DNA of 64,000 nucleotides from Roseibacillus sp. (GCA_965242925.1 CBDEUM010000014.1:544001-608000), one strand, 5' to 3'. Shown: positions 17,608 through 27,976, counted from the first letter of the stretch. The notes: generated by a model not told the origin, from the letters alone. A program made the numbers and translations.

Positions 17608-19311
17608 ATGAAAACACTTCTTCTCCTCCTGATCTCCGGCCTGTGGGCCCTCAGTCCGGCTGCGGAGCATCCCAACATCGTCCTCATCATGGCTGACGAC
17701 ATGGGTTACTCCGACATCGGGTGTTACGGCGGCGAGATCAAGACTCCCGTGCTCGACCAACTGGCCCGGGATGGCCTGCGCTACACGCAGTTCTACAACA
17801 CTTCGCGCTGTTGTCCGACCCGGGCCGCTCTCATCAGCGGTCTCTATTCCCACCAGACCGGCATGGGCCTGATGGAAGGCGACCGGGGCTGGCCCGGCTA
17901 CCGGGGATCCATCAACAAGCGTTGTGTCACCCTTGCGGAAGCGCTCAGGAGCGGAGGCTACCGGAACTACATGTCGGGCAAGTGGCATTTGACCCGCCAC
18001 AAACGCCCGGACGGGGACACCTCTGCCTGGCCGATGCAGCGTGGCTTCGACCGCTTCTATGGAACAATCACGGGAGCGGGCAGCTTCTATGATCCCGCCA
18101 CCCTCTGCCGGGGGAACACCTACATCACTCCCGAGAACGACCCCGAGTACCAGCCGGAATCCTACTACTACACCGACGCCATCAGCGATAACGCGGTCAA
18201 CTTCATTGCTGACCACCGAAAGGACAAGACCGCCGCCGCCAGGCCCTTTTTCCTCTACGTCTCCTACACCTGCGCGCATTGGCCCATGCACGCCCCTGAA
18301 GCAGACATCGCAAAATACAGGGGGGTCTACGACAAGGGCTACCCGGCCATTCGGGAGGCCCGCTACCGGAAGGCCATCGAAATGGGCGTCATCGACAGGA
18401 AATGGGCGATGTCCAAGGGCCTCGACTGGGAAGGGTTCCAGCACAAGGCCTGGGACATCCGCTGCATGGAAGCCTACGCCGCCATGACGGAACTCATGGA
18501 TCGCGGCATCGGCCGGATCGTCGCCGAACTGAAGAAGCAGAAGCTCTTTGAAAACACCCTGCTGGTCTACCTGCAGGACAACGGCGGATGCGCAGAGGGC
18601 TACGGCCGGGCCAACAACTCGCACCAGAAGGACCGCTTCAAGTTCAAGCCCCTCGGGAAGGACGGATTGCAGACCAAGATCTGGCCGCCCATGCAAACCC
18701 GCGACGGACGATTCGTTCGCACCGGACCGGAAACCCTGCCGGGCGCGGAGGACACCTTCGTCGCCTACGGACCGGGTTGGGCCAACACTTCCAACACCCC
18801 CTTCCGCGGCTACAAGCACGATCCCTACGAAGGCGGAATCGGCACCCCGTTCATCGTCAGCTGGCCCGGGGGAATCGCCGAGAAACGCAACGGCGCAATC
18901 GTGCATGACGTCTCACACCTGATCGATCTCATGCCCACCTTCGTGGAGGTCGCCGGAGCTGCCTACCCGGAGAAGTACGATGGCCACGACATCCAGCCCA
19001 TGGAGGGAACCAGCCTCGTCCCCACCCTGGCCGGGAAGGCCATCCCCCGGAAGGCGCCCCTCGGCTTTGAGCATCACGGGAACCTCGGCCTGCGGGATGG
19101 CAAGTGGAAGATCGTCTCCATGTATCGCCGGGATCAACCCCGCAAATGGGAACTCTACGACATGGAGGCCGACCGGACGGAATTGAACGACCTCGCGCAG
19201 AAGATGCCCGGAAAACTCAAATCCATGGTCGCGAACTGGCAGTCCTGGGCCGACCGGATCGGGGTGCAGCCGTGGCCCATTCCCAGATACGAACCGAAGA
19301 AAGCGAAGTAG
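17608..19311 (+). CDS. Secreted arylsulfatase (AtsA-like S1 family)
   Basis: ATG 17608 with signal peptide, PNIVLIMADDMGYSDIGCYG, CCPTRAALISG, SGKWHL, HWPMHA, WANTSNTPF. Confidence 0.93.
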   Translation: MKTLLLLLISGLWALSPAAEHPNIVLIMADDMGYSDIGCYGGEIKTPVLDQLARDGLRYTQFYNTSRCCPTRAALISGLYSHQTGMGLMEGDRGWPGYRGSINKRCVTLAEALRSGGYRNYMSGKWHLTRHKRPDGDTSAWPMQRGFDRFYGTITGAGSFYDPATLCRGNTYITPENDPEYQPESYYYTDAISDNAVNFIADHRKDKTAAARPFFLYVSYTCAHWPMHAPEADIAKYRGVYDKGYPAIREARYRKAIEMGVIDRKWAMSKGLDWEGFQHKAWDIRCMEAYAAMTELMDRGIGRIVAELKKQKLFENTLLVYLQDNGGCAEGYGRANNSHQKDRFKFKPLGKDGLQTKIWPPMQTRDGRFVRTGPETLPGAEDTFVAYGPGWANTSNTPFRGYKHDPYEGGIGTPFIVSWPGGIAEKRNGAIVHDVSHLIDLMPTFVEVAGAAYPEKYDGHDIQPMEGTSLVPTLAGKAIPRKAPLGFEHHGNLGLRDGKWKIVSMYRRDQPRKWELYDMEADRTELNDLAQKMPGKLKSMVANWQSWADRIGVQPWPIPRYEPKKAK

Positions 19312-19341
19312 CGGCGTGGCTTTCTCCAGAACCTTCCCTCC

Positions 19342-20826
19342 ATGCGCTTCCTCCTCCCCGTCATCACGATCCTGGCCCTGGGGGCCCTCCAGGTTGAGAG
19401 CAACCCACACGTTCTCTTCATCGCAATTGACGACCTGAACGACTACATCTCCCCGCTCGACAACCATCCCGGCGTGCAGACTCCGCATTTTGAACGCCTT
19501 GCCCGGCGCTCGGTCAACTTCGCCAATGCCCACTGTGCCGCCCCGGTCTGTCACGCTTCGCGGGTGGCCATCATGACGGGGGTCCATCCCTCCCGCTCGG
19601 GGATTTATCGCAACATGTTCGGAGCCCGCGGGCCCCGCTGGCGCCACGAATCCAGGATTCTGGAGAAGGCTGTAGTTCTTTCCCAGCACTTCCGCGATCA
19701 CGGCTACCGCGCGGTGGGCGGCGGCAAGATCTTTCATACCCTGCAGTGGACTCCGCACGACTCCCAGAACGACCCGGAGGCCTGGGACGACTACCGCGGC
19801 GATCCCAACAACCCCATCGCCCCGGACTGGCCCCGCCCGGAACTGGTGCCTGACGACAAGGCCGGCCTTACCAAGGGACGACCGCTGGGCGGACACTCGC
19901 AACTCTTCGGCGCTGCGCCTCTCGAACTGCCCGACGAGAAGACCGGTGACCACATGGTGGTCGACTGGGCCATCGAGCAGATGAAATCCGTAAAGAAGGA
20001 ACCCCTCTTCATGGCTGTCGGTCTCTTCCGCCCCCACATCCCCTGGGAGGTGCCCCGGAAGTGGTTCGACAAGCATCCCCTCGAGAACATCAAACTGCCT
20101 CCCCACCGCGAAGACGACCTGACAGATGCCCATCACCATGGGCGAACCCACTGGCACAAGTGGGTGGTCGAAAACAAACAGTGGAAAAAACTCATGCAGG
20201 GCTACCTCGCCAGCATCACCTACGTCGATCACCAGCTAGGGCGTCTCCTCGATGCCCTTGATGCCTCCCCCTCAATGAAGGACAACACCATCATCGTGCT
20301 CTGGAGCGACCATGGATTTCACATCGGAGAAAAAGGCAACTGGGAAAAGTTCGCCCTCTGGGACCAGACCACCCGTGTGCCCCTCTTCATCCACGCTCCC
20401 GGAGTGAGCAGGGATGGCGCCAGGACCCGACAACCGGCCACCCTCACTGATGTCTATCCAACTCTCTGTGAACTGGCCGGGCTGCCCATCCCGGAACAGT
20501 GCGATGGCCTCTCCCTCGTGCCCCAGCTCAAGAATCCAGCCACCAGGCGTGATCGCCCCGCTCTCTGCTCCTTCCAGTTCTGGAACGAGAAAGCCCCTTC
20601 CCATGGAGTGGCTGACGAACGCTACCGCTTTATCCGCTATGGCAACGGATTTGAGGAGCTCTACGACCTAAAGAATGATCCGCACGAGTATGAGAATCTC
20701 ATCGATGACCCGAAGCTCGCTTCCGTGAAGACGCGTCTGGCCCAGGGCATTCCGGCGAATCCGGCGCCCCTTGCCGTCCTGCCCAAGGACTCCCCGCATC
20801 ACCGGGCCAACCAAGGGAAAAAGTAA
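19342..20826 (+). CDS. Secreted sulfatase (iduronate/choline-sulfatase-like)
   Basis: VLFIAIDDLND, CHASRVAIMTG, GKIFH, RPHIPW, WSDHGFHIGEK..WEKFALW. Confidence 0.93.
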   Translation: MRFLLPVITILALGALQVESNPHVLFIAIDDLNDYISPLDNHPGVQTPHFERLARRSVNFANAHCAAPVCHASRVAIMTGVHPSRSGIYRNMFGARGPRWRHESRILEKAVVLSQHFRDHGYRAVGGGKIFHTLQWTPHDSQNDPEAWDDYRGDPNNPIAPDWPRPELVPDDKAGLTKGRPLGGHSQLFGAAPLELPDEKTGDHMVVDWAIEQMKSVKKEPLFMAVGLFRPHIPWEVPRKWFDKHPLENIKLPPHREDDLTDAHHHGRTHWHKWVVENKQWKKLMQGYLASITYVDHQLGRLLDALDASPSMKDNTIIVLWSDHGFHIGEKGNWEKFALWDQTTRVPLFIHAPGVSRDGARTRQPATLTDVYPTLCELAGLPIPEQCDGLSLVPQLKNPATRRDRPALCSFQFWNEKAPSHGVADERYRFIRYGNGFEELYDLKNDPHEYENLIDDPKLASVKTRLAQGIPANPAPLAVLPKDSPHHRANQGKK

Positions 20827-20854
20827 AGCTACTACTAGAGGTGAGAATCACCCG

Positions 20855-20995
20855 ATGAACCGACCTCCTTCCCTCGCCCTCTGCCTCTGCCTCAGCGACA
20901 ACAATTCCAACTGGGAAGGGCGCCTCGACGAAGTCGCGATCTTTGAACGCGCCCTCTCGGCCGCAGAAATCGCCCAACTCGCCGGAATAAAATGA
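20855..20995 (+). pseudogene. Remnant: signal-peptide start fused to the C-terminal strands of a LamG/concanavalin-like domain
   Basis: MNRPPSLALCLCL followed by SDNNSNWEGRLDEVAIFERALSAAEIAQLAGIK. The second part matches the G.LDEVAI..RALS..EI end of LamG-like domains. Confidence 0.6.
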
Positions 20996-21144
20996 TCAAT
21001 CGCGCAAGAATCACAATCTGCGCGGTGGGGCTTGAAAACTTTGTGGCCCGTCACGAACGACCGCGAGAACGATAAGGATTCGGCCAGCCAGCCCCCCAAT
21101 CCACAACTCTATCCCTGAAACGATAGGCCCCACTCCCCAACCCC

Positions 21145-22545
21145 GTGGTCTTCAGCACGCCCATCTTCCTCTACGGCTTCCTGCCGCTCATGCTGGTGGT
21201 CTACTACCTCCTTCCACGCCCCGTGCGCAATGGGTGGCTGGTGGCGGGAAGCTACTTCTTCTACGGCTGGGGCAACCCTCTCTACATCCTTCTCCTCCTC
21301 TTCTCCACCCTGCTCGATTTCGTTTGTGCGCTGTTCATCCCGAGCGCCGGAGCCCGGACCCGGCGGCTCCTGCTGGGTGCCTCCCTGCTCGGAAACCTGG
21401 GCGTCCTCGCCTTCTTCAAGTACTCCGGTTTCCTGGCCCGCACCGCCCACGACCTCGCGGGGCTTCCGGGAGCAGATGCCCTGGCCTGGCTGGGAACCAT
21501 CGCCCTTCCGCTCGGCATCAGCTTCTACACCCTGCAGTCCCTGAGCTACACCATCGACGTTTACCGGGGCGAGATCCGCCCGACCCGGCGCTTCCTCGAC
21601 TTTGCCACCTATGCGGCCTTTTTCCCACAGTTGGCTGCCGGACCCATCGTGCGCTACTCGCAGCTGGAAGCTGATCTGCGCCATCGCCGCGAATCCCGGA
21701 GGCAGTTCGCCAACGGGATGGGAATCTTCATCATCGGACTGGCCAAGAAACTGCTCCTCGCCAATCCCTGCGGAGCTCTTGCAGATCAGGCCTTCGGAGC
21801 GGCCGAACTTGATATGCCCAGCGCATGGATCGGCCTGTTCGCCTACTCCTTTCAGATCTATTTCGACTTCAGCGGCTACAGTGAAATGGCCATCGGACTC
21901 GGGATGATGTTCGGGTTCACTCTGCCGGCCAACTTCCGGGCTCCCTATCGCGCCACCTCCCTGCGCGATTTCTGGAGGCGCTGGCACATCACCCTCGGAT
22001 CGTGGGTGCGCGACTACCTTTACATTCCCCTCGGCGGAAACCGGTCAGGCCGCTGGCGCACGGCAGGAAACATTATCGTCGTGATGGCTCTCTTCGCCCT
22101 CTGGCACGGGGCAGCCTGGCAATTCCTCATCTGGGGAGGAGTGCACGGCCTCCTCCTGGCCGCTGAACGGCTCGCCCGGCCACTGGGCCTCCGCAAGCGC
22201 CTGCCTACCGTCCTCCGCGCCGGTCTCACCTTCCTCGTGGTCACCCTGGCCTGGGTCCTGTTCCGGGCCGACTCGCTGGGGGAGGCCGGACGCTACTACG
22301 CATCCCTCATGGGCGATCCGGCCCCGGAGGGGCCTGCCTGGTGGACCAGGCAGCTGGTGGTGGGCCCGGAGGGCCTCGTTCTCCTCCTGCTCGCGGCGCT
22401 GGTGACCTGGGGCGGCCACTCGCCCTCGCGTTTCGTCACGGAGTCGTCCCCCGTAAGATGGTTGGGGCTGACCATTCTCTTCTGGATCTGCCTGATTGCC
22501 ATGGGGATCCAGGGCGGGACGTCCTTCCTCTATTATTTTTTCTAA
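21145..22545 (+). CDS. algI: MBOAT family O-acyltransferase (AlgI-like)
   Basis: VFSTPIFLYGFLP, LPLGISFYTLQSLSY.IDVYRG, FFPQLAAGPI, QIYFDFSGYS, FWRRWHITL, LWHGA. Confidence 0.9.
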   Translation: MVFSTPIFLYGFLPLMLVVYYLLPRPVRNGWLVAGSYFFYGWGNPLYILLLLFSTLLDFVCALFIPSAGARTRRLLLGASLLGNLGVLAFFKYSGFLARTAHDLAGLPGADALAWLGTIALPLGISFYTLQSLSYTIDVYRGEIRPTRRFLDFATYAAFFPQLAAGPIVRYSQLEADLRHRRESRRQFANGMGIFIIGLAKKLLLANPCGALADQAFGAAELDMPSAWIGLFAYSFQIYFDFSGYSEMAIGLGMMFGFTLPANFRAPYRATSLRDFWRRWHITLGSWVRDYLYIPLGGNRSGRWRTAGNIIVVMALFALWHGAAWQFLIWGGVHGLLLAAERLARPLGLRKRLPTVLRAGLTFLVVTLAWVLFRADSLGEAGRYYASLMGDPAPEGPAWWTRQLVVGPEGLVLLLLAALVTWGGHSPSRFVTESSPVRWLGLTILFWICLIAMGIQGGTSFLYYFF

Positions 22546-22551
22546 CAGATC

Positions 22552-24003
22552 ATGCCTTCCCTGTCCCAAAATGAACCTGGAGCCCGTAGCGGTCTTCCCT
22601 GCCTTGCCGTGCTGATCAGCCTCGGATTCTTCTCCTTCATTCACTTCGCCATCTTTTTCGGCAATGGCGCACTCTGGTCGTGGAAGGACGGCGCCCTCGA
22701 CCACGCCTTCAGGGAGGCGGGGGCCGCGGTGGTCCGCAACCCTGTCCAGCTGCTGCGCACCACGATAGGCCTCAATGCAAACGATGTCGTGGAACACGAC
22801 GGCCAACTCTACTACCGGCCGGACATCGAACACGTCCACGGGCGCAGTTTCCTCGAGCCCCCGGCGAGGAGATCCCATGTGGTGCTCCGACAGCTGCCGT
22901 CCACGAAGCGGACCCGGAATCCGGTTCCGGCCATCGTTGCCTTCGATCGACAATTGAAGCAGGCGGGGATTCGGATGGTCCTTCTGCCCGTCCCGTCAAA
23001 AGCGGTGTTTGCAGATTCTTCCCAGCCGCCGATCCTGAACAAAGGCTACCTCGAGTTTGTCGAGACCCTCCACCGAGATCACAAGGTCGAGGTTCTCGAC
23101 CTCATCCCCCTCCTCGGGAAACTCCGCGCTCAGGGCGGCCAGCTCTTTCTCGAGGGCGACAGCCACTGGACCCCGGAAGCGATGTTGCATATCGCCCACC
23201 TGGTCGCGAGGGCGACTTCTGTCCAGCCCCCCGGCGATCCCTACCAGACAGTCAAACGGACCCTCTCCGCCCCCGGGAATCTCACTCGGTGGCTTGGCCG
23301 GAACCGGAAGGAGACGATCGCTTCTTCGATGGTCCTCGATCACAATGAGGAAATCTGGAAACCCTCCCGCGAGGCCCCCTACCTCTTGCTGGGCGATAGT
23401 TTCTCCAACATCTATTCGCTCGGCGAAATGGGCTGGGGCAAGGGGGCCGGATTCGCGGAGATGCTGAGCCTGGTGATGAGCGCTCCCGTCGACCGCATCA
23501 CCCGCAATACCGATGGCGCTTTCGCCAGTCGCGAGGACCTTCTCCGCGACCCGGATCGCCTGGCCCGCAAGTCCGTCGTGGTCTGGCAATTCGCAATGCG
23601 TGAACTCTCCTTCGGAAACTGGAAAGTCCTCGACCTCCCCCGGGCGGGACTGACACCTCGCCCACACATCGAAACCGCTCTTCAGAAACTGGAAGGAACC
23701 ATCGCCCGGGTGGCCAACGTCCCCCCGCTTGCCCGGACACCCTATCGCCAGGCCGTGAGGGAAGTGCTCCTTGAGAACGTCCGCAGCGAATCCGGCCAGA
23801 TCCCCGAGAGAATCCTTCTGCTGGGATATGGGGTGCAGGATCACCTCCTCACCGGAGTGGCCAACTGGGAACCAGGGGACCAGGTGAGCGTGCAGGTCGT
23901 CCCCTGGGAAACGGTGGAGAGCTCCCATGGTCGTCTCCATCGCTTTGTTCTCGAGGATCCCGGGCAGGAGCTGTTGGAGATGCCCCGGTTCTGGATGAAA
24001 TAG
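22552..24003 (+). CDS. AlgJ/AlgX-like SGNH O-acetyltransferase with an extra C-terminal domain
   Basis: N-terminal TM segment, LLPVPSK, GDSHWT, LLGDSFSNIY, VVVWQFAMR. Lies directly downstream of the MBOAT gene. Confidence 0.8.
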   Translation: MPSLSQNEPGARSGLPCLAVLISLGFFSFIHFAIFFGNGALWSWKDGALDHAFREAGAAVVRNPVQLLRTTIGLNANDVVEHDGQLYYRPDIEHVHGRSFLEPPARRSHVVLRQLPSTKRTRNPVPAIVAFDRQLKQAGIRMVLLPVPSKAVFADSSQPPILNKGYLEFVETLHRDHKVEVLDLIPLLGKLRAQGGQLFLEGDSHWTPEAMLHIAHLVARATSVQPPGDPYQTVKRTLSAPGNLTRWLGRNRKETIASSMVLDHNEEIWKPSREAPYLLLGDSFSNIYSLGEMGWGKGAGFAEMLSLVMSAPVDRITRNTDGAFASREDLLRDPDRLARKSVVVWQFAMRELSFGNWKVLDLPRAGLTPRPHIETALQKLEGTIARVANVPPLARTPYRQAVREVLLENVRSESGQIPERILLLGYGVQDHLLTGVANWEPGDQVSVQVVPWETVESSHGRLHRFVLEDPGQELLEMPRFWMK

Positions 24004-24065
24004 CACGGGCATCCCCGCCCGGGGGCTTTGCGGATCTCCGTGACCGCCCCGCGAACCCGCCGGAC

Positions 24066-24953
24066 CTAGACCTGTTCAATCCGCACCCGGGGACTGGCCA
24101 GGGAAATTCCTGCCGCCGCCAGGTCTCTGTTGATGCTCTTGAGCACCTCCGAACGGATCCTGGTCCGGTTGCGCACGTCCTCGATATAATAGCGGCCTTC
24201 CATCAGGATGCCGGATCCCATGTGCCCTCCATTGTCATCCCACAGCGACCGCACCACTATCTCAGCGCTATCGGGGAGAACCCGTTCGGTCGCCTCGATT
24301 GCACGCCGCGCCACTGAGCTGGCTTCTTCGAGGTTGGCATTGTAATTCACCTGAAAACGCACGCGCACGCGAACCGGCTCATCCTGATAGGAGAAGTTCG
24401 TGATCACCGAGTTGGCGAGGACGCTGTTGGGATAGTTCACAATCACCCCGTCGGTGTTGCGAATCTGTGTCCGTCGAAGCCCCACATCGATCACATCGCC
24501 CCAGCCGCCCCAGTGACGGCCCGGTGACTCGATCTTCACCCGGTCGCCGATCCGGGCTGGCTGGTCGGTGATGAGAAAGATCCCGGAAAGGATGTCGGAA
24601 AGAGTTTCCTTTGCCGCCAGGCCAATGGCAATTCCTGCAATCCCGGCACTGGCCAGAAAGGGCGTGATCTTGATGCCGTGGATCTTGAGCAGCACCATGA
24701 AGAGGATGGAAACCAGAACGAGCAGGTAGAATCGCCGGACAAAGTAGACCAGGCGGTCATCGAGATCGTTTTCAGTCGAGGACGCTATCCGGTTGAGGGC
24801 GCGAAGGAGGACCACTCTAACAAAAATGTGGAGGAGGAAGGCCGCAGCAACTGCTATTGCGGTCTGCTCCCAGGAATCCACATTCCTCCACCACTGAACA
24901 AGAGGGGACACCTTGGAATCGGTATCGGCAGCAAGAAGGTAAAACGAAGGCAT
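24066..24953 (-). CDS. Small-conductance mechanosensitive channel (MscS family)
   Basis: SAGIAGIAIGLAAKETLSDILSG, RIGDRV, GDVIDVGLRRT, PNS. Confidence 0.92.
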   Translation of the reverse strand: MPSFYLLAADTDSKVSPLVQWWRNVDSWEQTAIAVAAAFLLHIFVRVVLLRALNRIASSTENDLDDRLVYFVRRFYLLVLVSILFMVLLKIHGIKITPFLASAGIAGIAIGLAAKETLSDILSGIFLITDQPARIGDRVKIESPGRHWGGWGDVIDVGLRRTQIRNTDGVIVNYPNSVLANSVITNFSYQDEPVRVRVRFQVNYNANLEEASSVARRAIEATERVLPDSAEIVVRSLWDDNGGHMGSGILMEGRYYIEDVRNRTRIRSEVLKSINRDLAAAGISLASPRVRIEQV

Positions 24954-25153
24954 TCTCTCAGATTCTCAGGGTTGCCGGAGTCTGCCAGCAGCACCGCCCG
25001 GAGTCGAGGCCAAGCAGCGCGCTTTCCGGAAGGCCGCCGTCCGAACCCGGCTTCATGGAACGTCCCCCGGATTGCCCGCGAGAACGTCGGGCACGGTCCG
25101 TCCAGGCGGCTCATTGACTCAATGACGCTTGCCGCAGATCCTCTCTCCCCCCG

Positions 25154-27865
25154 TCAACCCGGCGCCAGCAATTGCCGCAGGGTTTCCTCATCCGGAGCAG
25201 TAACCTTGTTCGTGCCGGCCAGGAGATCGTCTGCCAGCTTCGATTTATCGGCCTGCAGTTTCTGAATGCGCTCCTCCACCGTCCCCGTGCAAATCAGTTT
25301 GTGCACGAAGACCGGCCTGGTCTGGCCGATGCGGTAGGCGCGGTCCGTGGCCTGCGCTTCCACAGCCGGGTTCCACCAGGGATCATAGTGGATGACGGTG
25401 TCGGCGGCGGTAAGGTTGAGTCCGGTCCCCCCCGCCTTCAACGAAATGAGAAAGAGAGGGGTATTGCCCTGCTGGAACTTCTCGACCAGCTCTCCCCGGT
25501 TCCGCGAGGAGCCCGTGAGCTCAAGATACGGAACCCCCCGAAGCCTCAGCTTCTCCCCGATGAGGTTCAGCATGGTGGTGAACTGCGAGAACAGAAGAAT
25601 CCGGCGCCCCTCGTCAAGGAGCGTCCCGAGGAGCTCCCCAAGATAGTCAAGCTTGGCTGAAGCCAGTTCATGCGCCTCTTCCATGGCCAGAAGACGGGGA
25701 TCACAGCAGATCTGCCGCAACTTGAGGAGAGCGTCGAGAAAGACGATCCGGCTTTGCTCAAGTCCCTGCGCTGCGATCGCCTGGCGCACGCGCCGATCCA
25801 TCGTCGCACGCACCGTTTCGTAAAGATCCTTTTGCCCGGTGGTGAGTTCAACCGGATGAACCAGAATGGTCTTGGGAGGCAGCTCGGAAGCCACCTCGTC
25901 CTTGGTCCGACGCAGGATGAGGGGAGCCACCCGACCCTTGAGATCCTCCTTGCGATCTTCATCGGCGTCTTTCTCGATCGGGCCCTGAAACCGCGCCCGA
26001 AAGGCTTCCTGGCTCCCCAGGAACCCGGGCAGGAGGAAGCGCATCAAGGACCAGAGTTCCCCTAGATGGTTCTCGATGGGAGTCCCCGACAGGCAGAGCC
26101 TGTGAGCGGTTTTCAGTTCGCAGGCCGCCTTGCTCACCTTCGCCGCGGGGTTCTTGATGTTCTGCGCCTCGTCAAGAGCCACCAGGTGAAAGTCGATCTC
26201 CTTCAGTGATTCGATGTCACGCTGCAGGAGCGCGTAGGAGGTGAGAACCAGATTGGCAAACGGGATATTCCCGAAATCCCGCCTGCGTTTCGGTCCCTGC
26301 AGGACAAGCACACTCAGCGAAGGAATGAATCTGGCGGCTTCCGCCTTCCAGTTGGGCACCACCGATGTCGGGGCCACCACCAGAGAGGGCCTGCCCCCCG
26401 CTCGCCCCGAGGTGTTCTCTGTCAGGATGTGCGCGAGCGTCTGCAGCGTCTTGCCCAGCCCCATGTCATCCGCGAGGATGCCGTTAAGCTGGCAATTTGC
26501 GAGGGTCTGCAGCCAGCGGTAACCCTCAAGCTGGTAGTCACGCAGGGTGGCCTGCACTCCGGGGGGCGGTTCCGCCTTGCTGGGTTTCCTGAGGTCCCCC
26601 AGCTGCCTTGTCAGGTTGGCGAGATTGCCTGCAGGTTCGAGTAAAAGCTCGGACCTGCAGGCGAGGTTGGCCGCATCGACGGGATGCAGGAAGGGCCGGT
26701 TGGGGTCCACCAGGGAGGCCAGCTGCCGAAGAATGCGTTTCAGGCGATCCGCCGGGATGTGCAGGGCTCCCCCATCCGGCAGATAGACCAGGTGGTGCGA
26801 GCGATCGGACAGTTCGTCAAGCATGTCGAGAGTGCCGTCCTCCAGTAATCTGGTCAGGATGGGAAGAAGGTCCAGGCGTTCCCCGTCGAGATCGAATCCC
26901 ACCGAAAGGGCGAACCAGCCTCCCGGTTGCTCCGTCAGCGAGCCCTCCCAGCCAGCTGGTTCGGTCTCGTAAACGGGAAACCCGACCTCCTCGTCGATCT
27001 CGACCTGCCAGCCCCGACCCTCCAGCCTGGTAACCGCCTCCGCCCGAAACCATGGCCAGTAGAGGTCCGGGGTGTTCAGGTTCGGTTCGGGAAACCAGGC
27101 GAACTCGGCCGAAGTCTCCGAATCACGCTGCCGCTCCAGTCCGAGAAGAAAACGGTAGCTGGGTTGCGCCCCAAGGTGAGTCAGGCCCATCTGGGTGAGC
27201 TCCTGGGCGGCGTTTTTCTCAGCATGAAGATCGCGCACAATTTCCAGCGGTCCCTTTGGCGTTTCAATCACCGCCGCACTGTCCCCGCCGGTGTGCAGGG
27301 GAAGTTCATGGTCGCCGTAACTCACGGTGGGCCGCGCCACCAGCCAGTTGTCGCGGTTGGAGACCCGCAATGACTGCAGCAGAAGCTGCACCGGCCGGCT
27401 GTTGGCAGGCTCCACCAGCACTTCGAGGCGAAACCGGGGTTCTATCTGGAGGGATTTCAGGGGCCGCGCGGGCCCGGAGGGTTTGTCTCCCTCCGCGGGT
27501 TTCACCTGGACATTGGCACTGCCGCCCTTGAGCAACCGTTCAAGCGTCGTCTTCCTCCCGCCGACCAACAGGACGGCCGCTGCATGCTGGCAGAAGTGGG
27601 CATAGGGACAACTGCAGGAGGCATCGAGTTCCCAGGTTCTCTCACTCTCCTGCCAGAGGGAAACTTCTACCTCATGATACTCTCCCTCCAGGTCCTGCAC
27701 GCGGGCAGCGAGAATTCCTCCCCCATCCTCCAGCGCGTTCCAAGCAAGGTCCGTGACCCGGCGCTTGCGCGCCAACTTCCCTCCATCCTCCAGCACGAAA
27801 CCGTCAAAACGCTCCTGCCACACGCGGCCAAGAAGGAACTCGCGGAAAGAAGAGGTTGCTGACAT
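25154..27865 (-). CDS. SWIM zinc-finger SNF2-family helicase/ATPase
   Basis: SWIM motif CSCPYAHFCQH; LRDYQ, LADDMGLGKT, DEAQ, SGTPIEN, FSQF, SLKAGGTGLNL, QATDRAYRIGQ. Start probably ATG 27865. Confidence 0.93.
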   Translation of the reverse strand: MSATSSFREFLLGRVWQERFDGFVLEDGGKLARKRRVTDLAWNALEDGGGILAARVQDLEGEYHEVEVSLWQESERTWELDASCSCPYAHFCQHAAAVLLVGGRKTTLERLLKGGSANVQVKPAEGDKPSGPARPLKSLQIEPRFRLEVLVEPANSRPVQLLLQSLRVSNRDNWLVARPTVSYGDHELPLHTGGDSAAVIETPKGPLEIVRDLHAEKNAAQELTQMGLTHLGAQPSYRFLLGLERQRDSETSAEFAWFPEPNLNTPDLYWPWFRAEAVTRLEGRGWQVEIDEEVGFPVYETEPAGWEGSLTEQPGGWFALSVGFDLDGERLDLLPILTRLLEDGTLDMLDELSDRSHHLVYLPDGGALHIPADRLKRILRQLASLVDPNRPFLHPVDAANLACRSELLLEPAGNLANLTRQLGDLRKPSKAEPPPGVQATLRDYQLEGYRWLQTLANCQLNGILADDMGLGKTLQTLAHILTENTSGRAGGRPSLVVAPTSVVPNWKAEAARFIPSLSVLVLQGPKRRRDFGNIPFANLVLTSYALLQRDIESLKEIDFHLVALDEAQNIKNPAAKVSKAACELKTAHRLCLSGTPIENHLGELWSLMRFLLPGFLGSQEAFRARFQGPIEKDADEDRKEDLKGRVAPLILRRTKDEVASELPPKTILVHPVELTTGQKDLYETVRATMDRRVRQAIAAQGLEQSRIVFLDALLKLRQICCDPRLLAMEEAHELASAKLDYLGELLGTLLDEGRRILLFSQFTTMLNLIGEKLRLRGVPYLELTGSSRNRGELVEKFQQGNTPLFLISLKAGGTGLNLTAADTVIHYDPWWNPAVEAQATDRAYRIGQTRPVFVHKLICTGTVEERIQKLQADKSKLADDLLAGTNKVTAPDEETLRQLLAPG

Positions 27866-27976
27866 GAAACGGACGAGGCCGGGAAGATCCCCACGCGTCG
27901 TGCACGAAGAATGCCTCCCCCCGGTCCTCTCATCAAGTTCAGGAAACACGGACAGGTCACGATCCTGCCACCACCA

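Noticed and set aside
24954..25153. Possible structured RNA or tRNA in the 200-nt intergenic gap
   Set aside because: No cloverleaf or recognisable riboswitch motif found by eye.
25154..27865. SNF2 helicase plus phosphoesterase as an anti-phage defence system
   Set aside because: Looks like an ordinary SWIM-SNF2 protein. The neighbour is a secreted phosphatase, and there are no nuclease or methylase partners.
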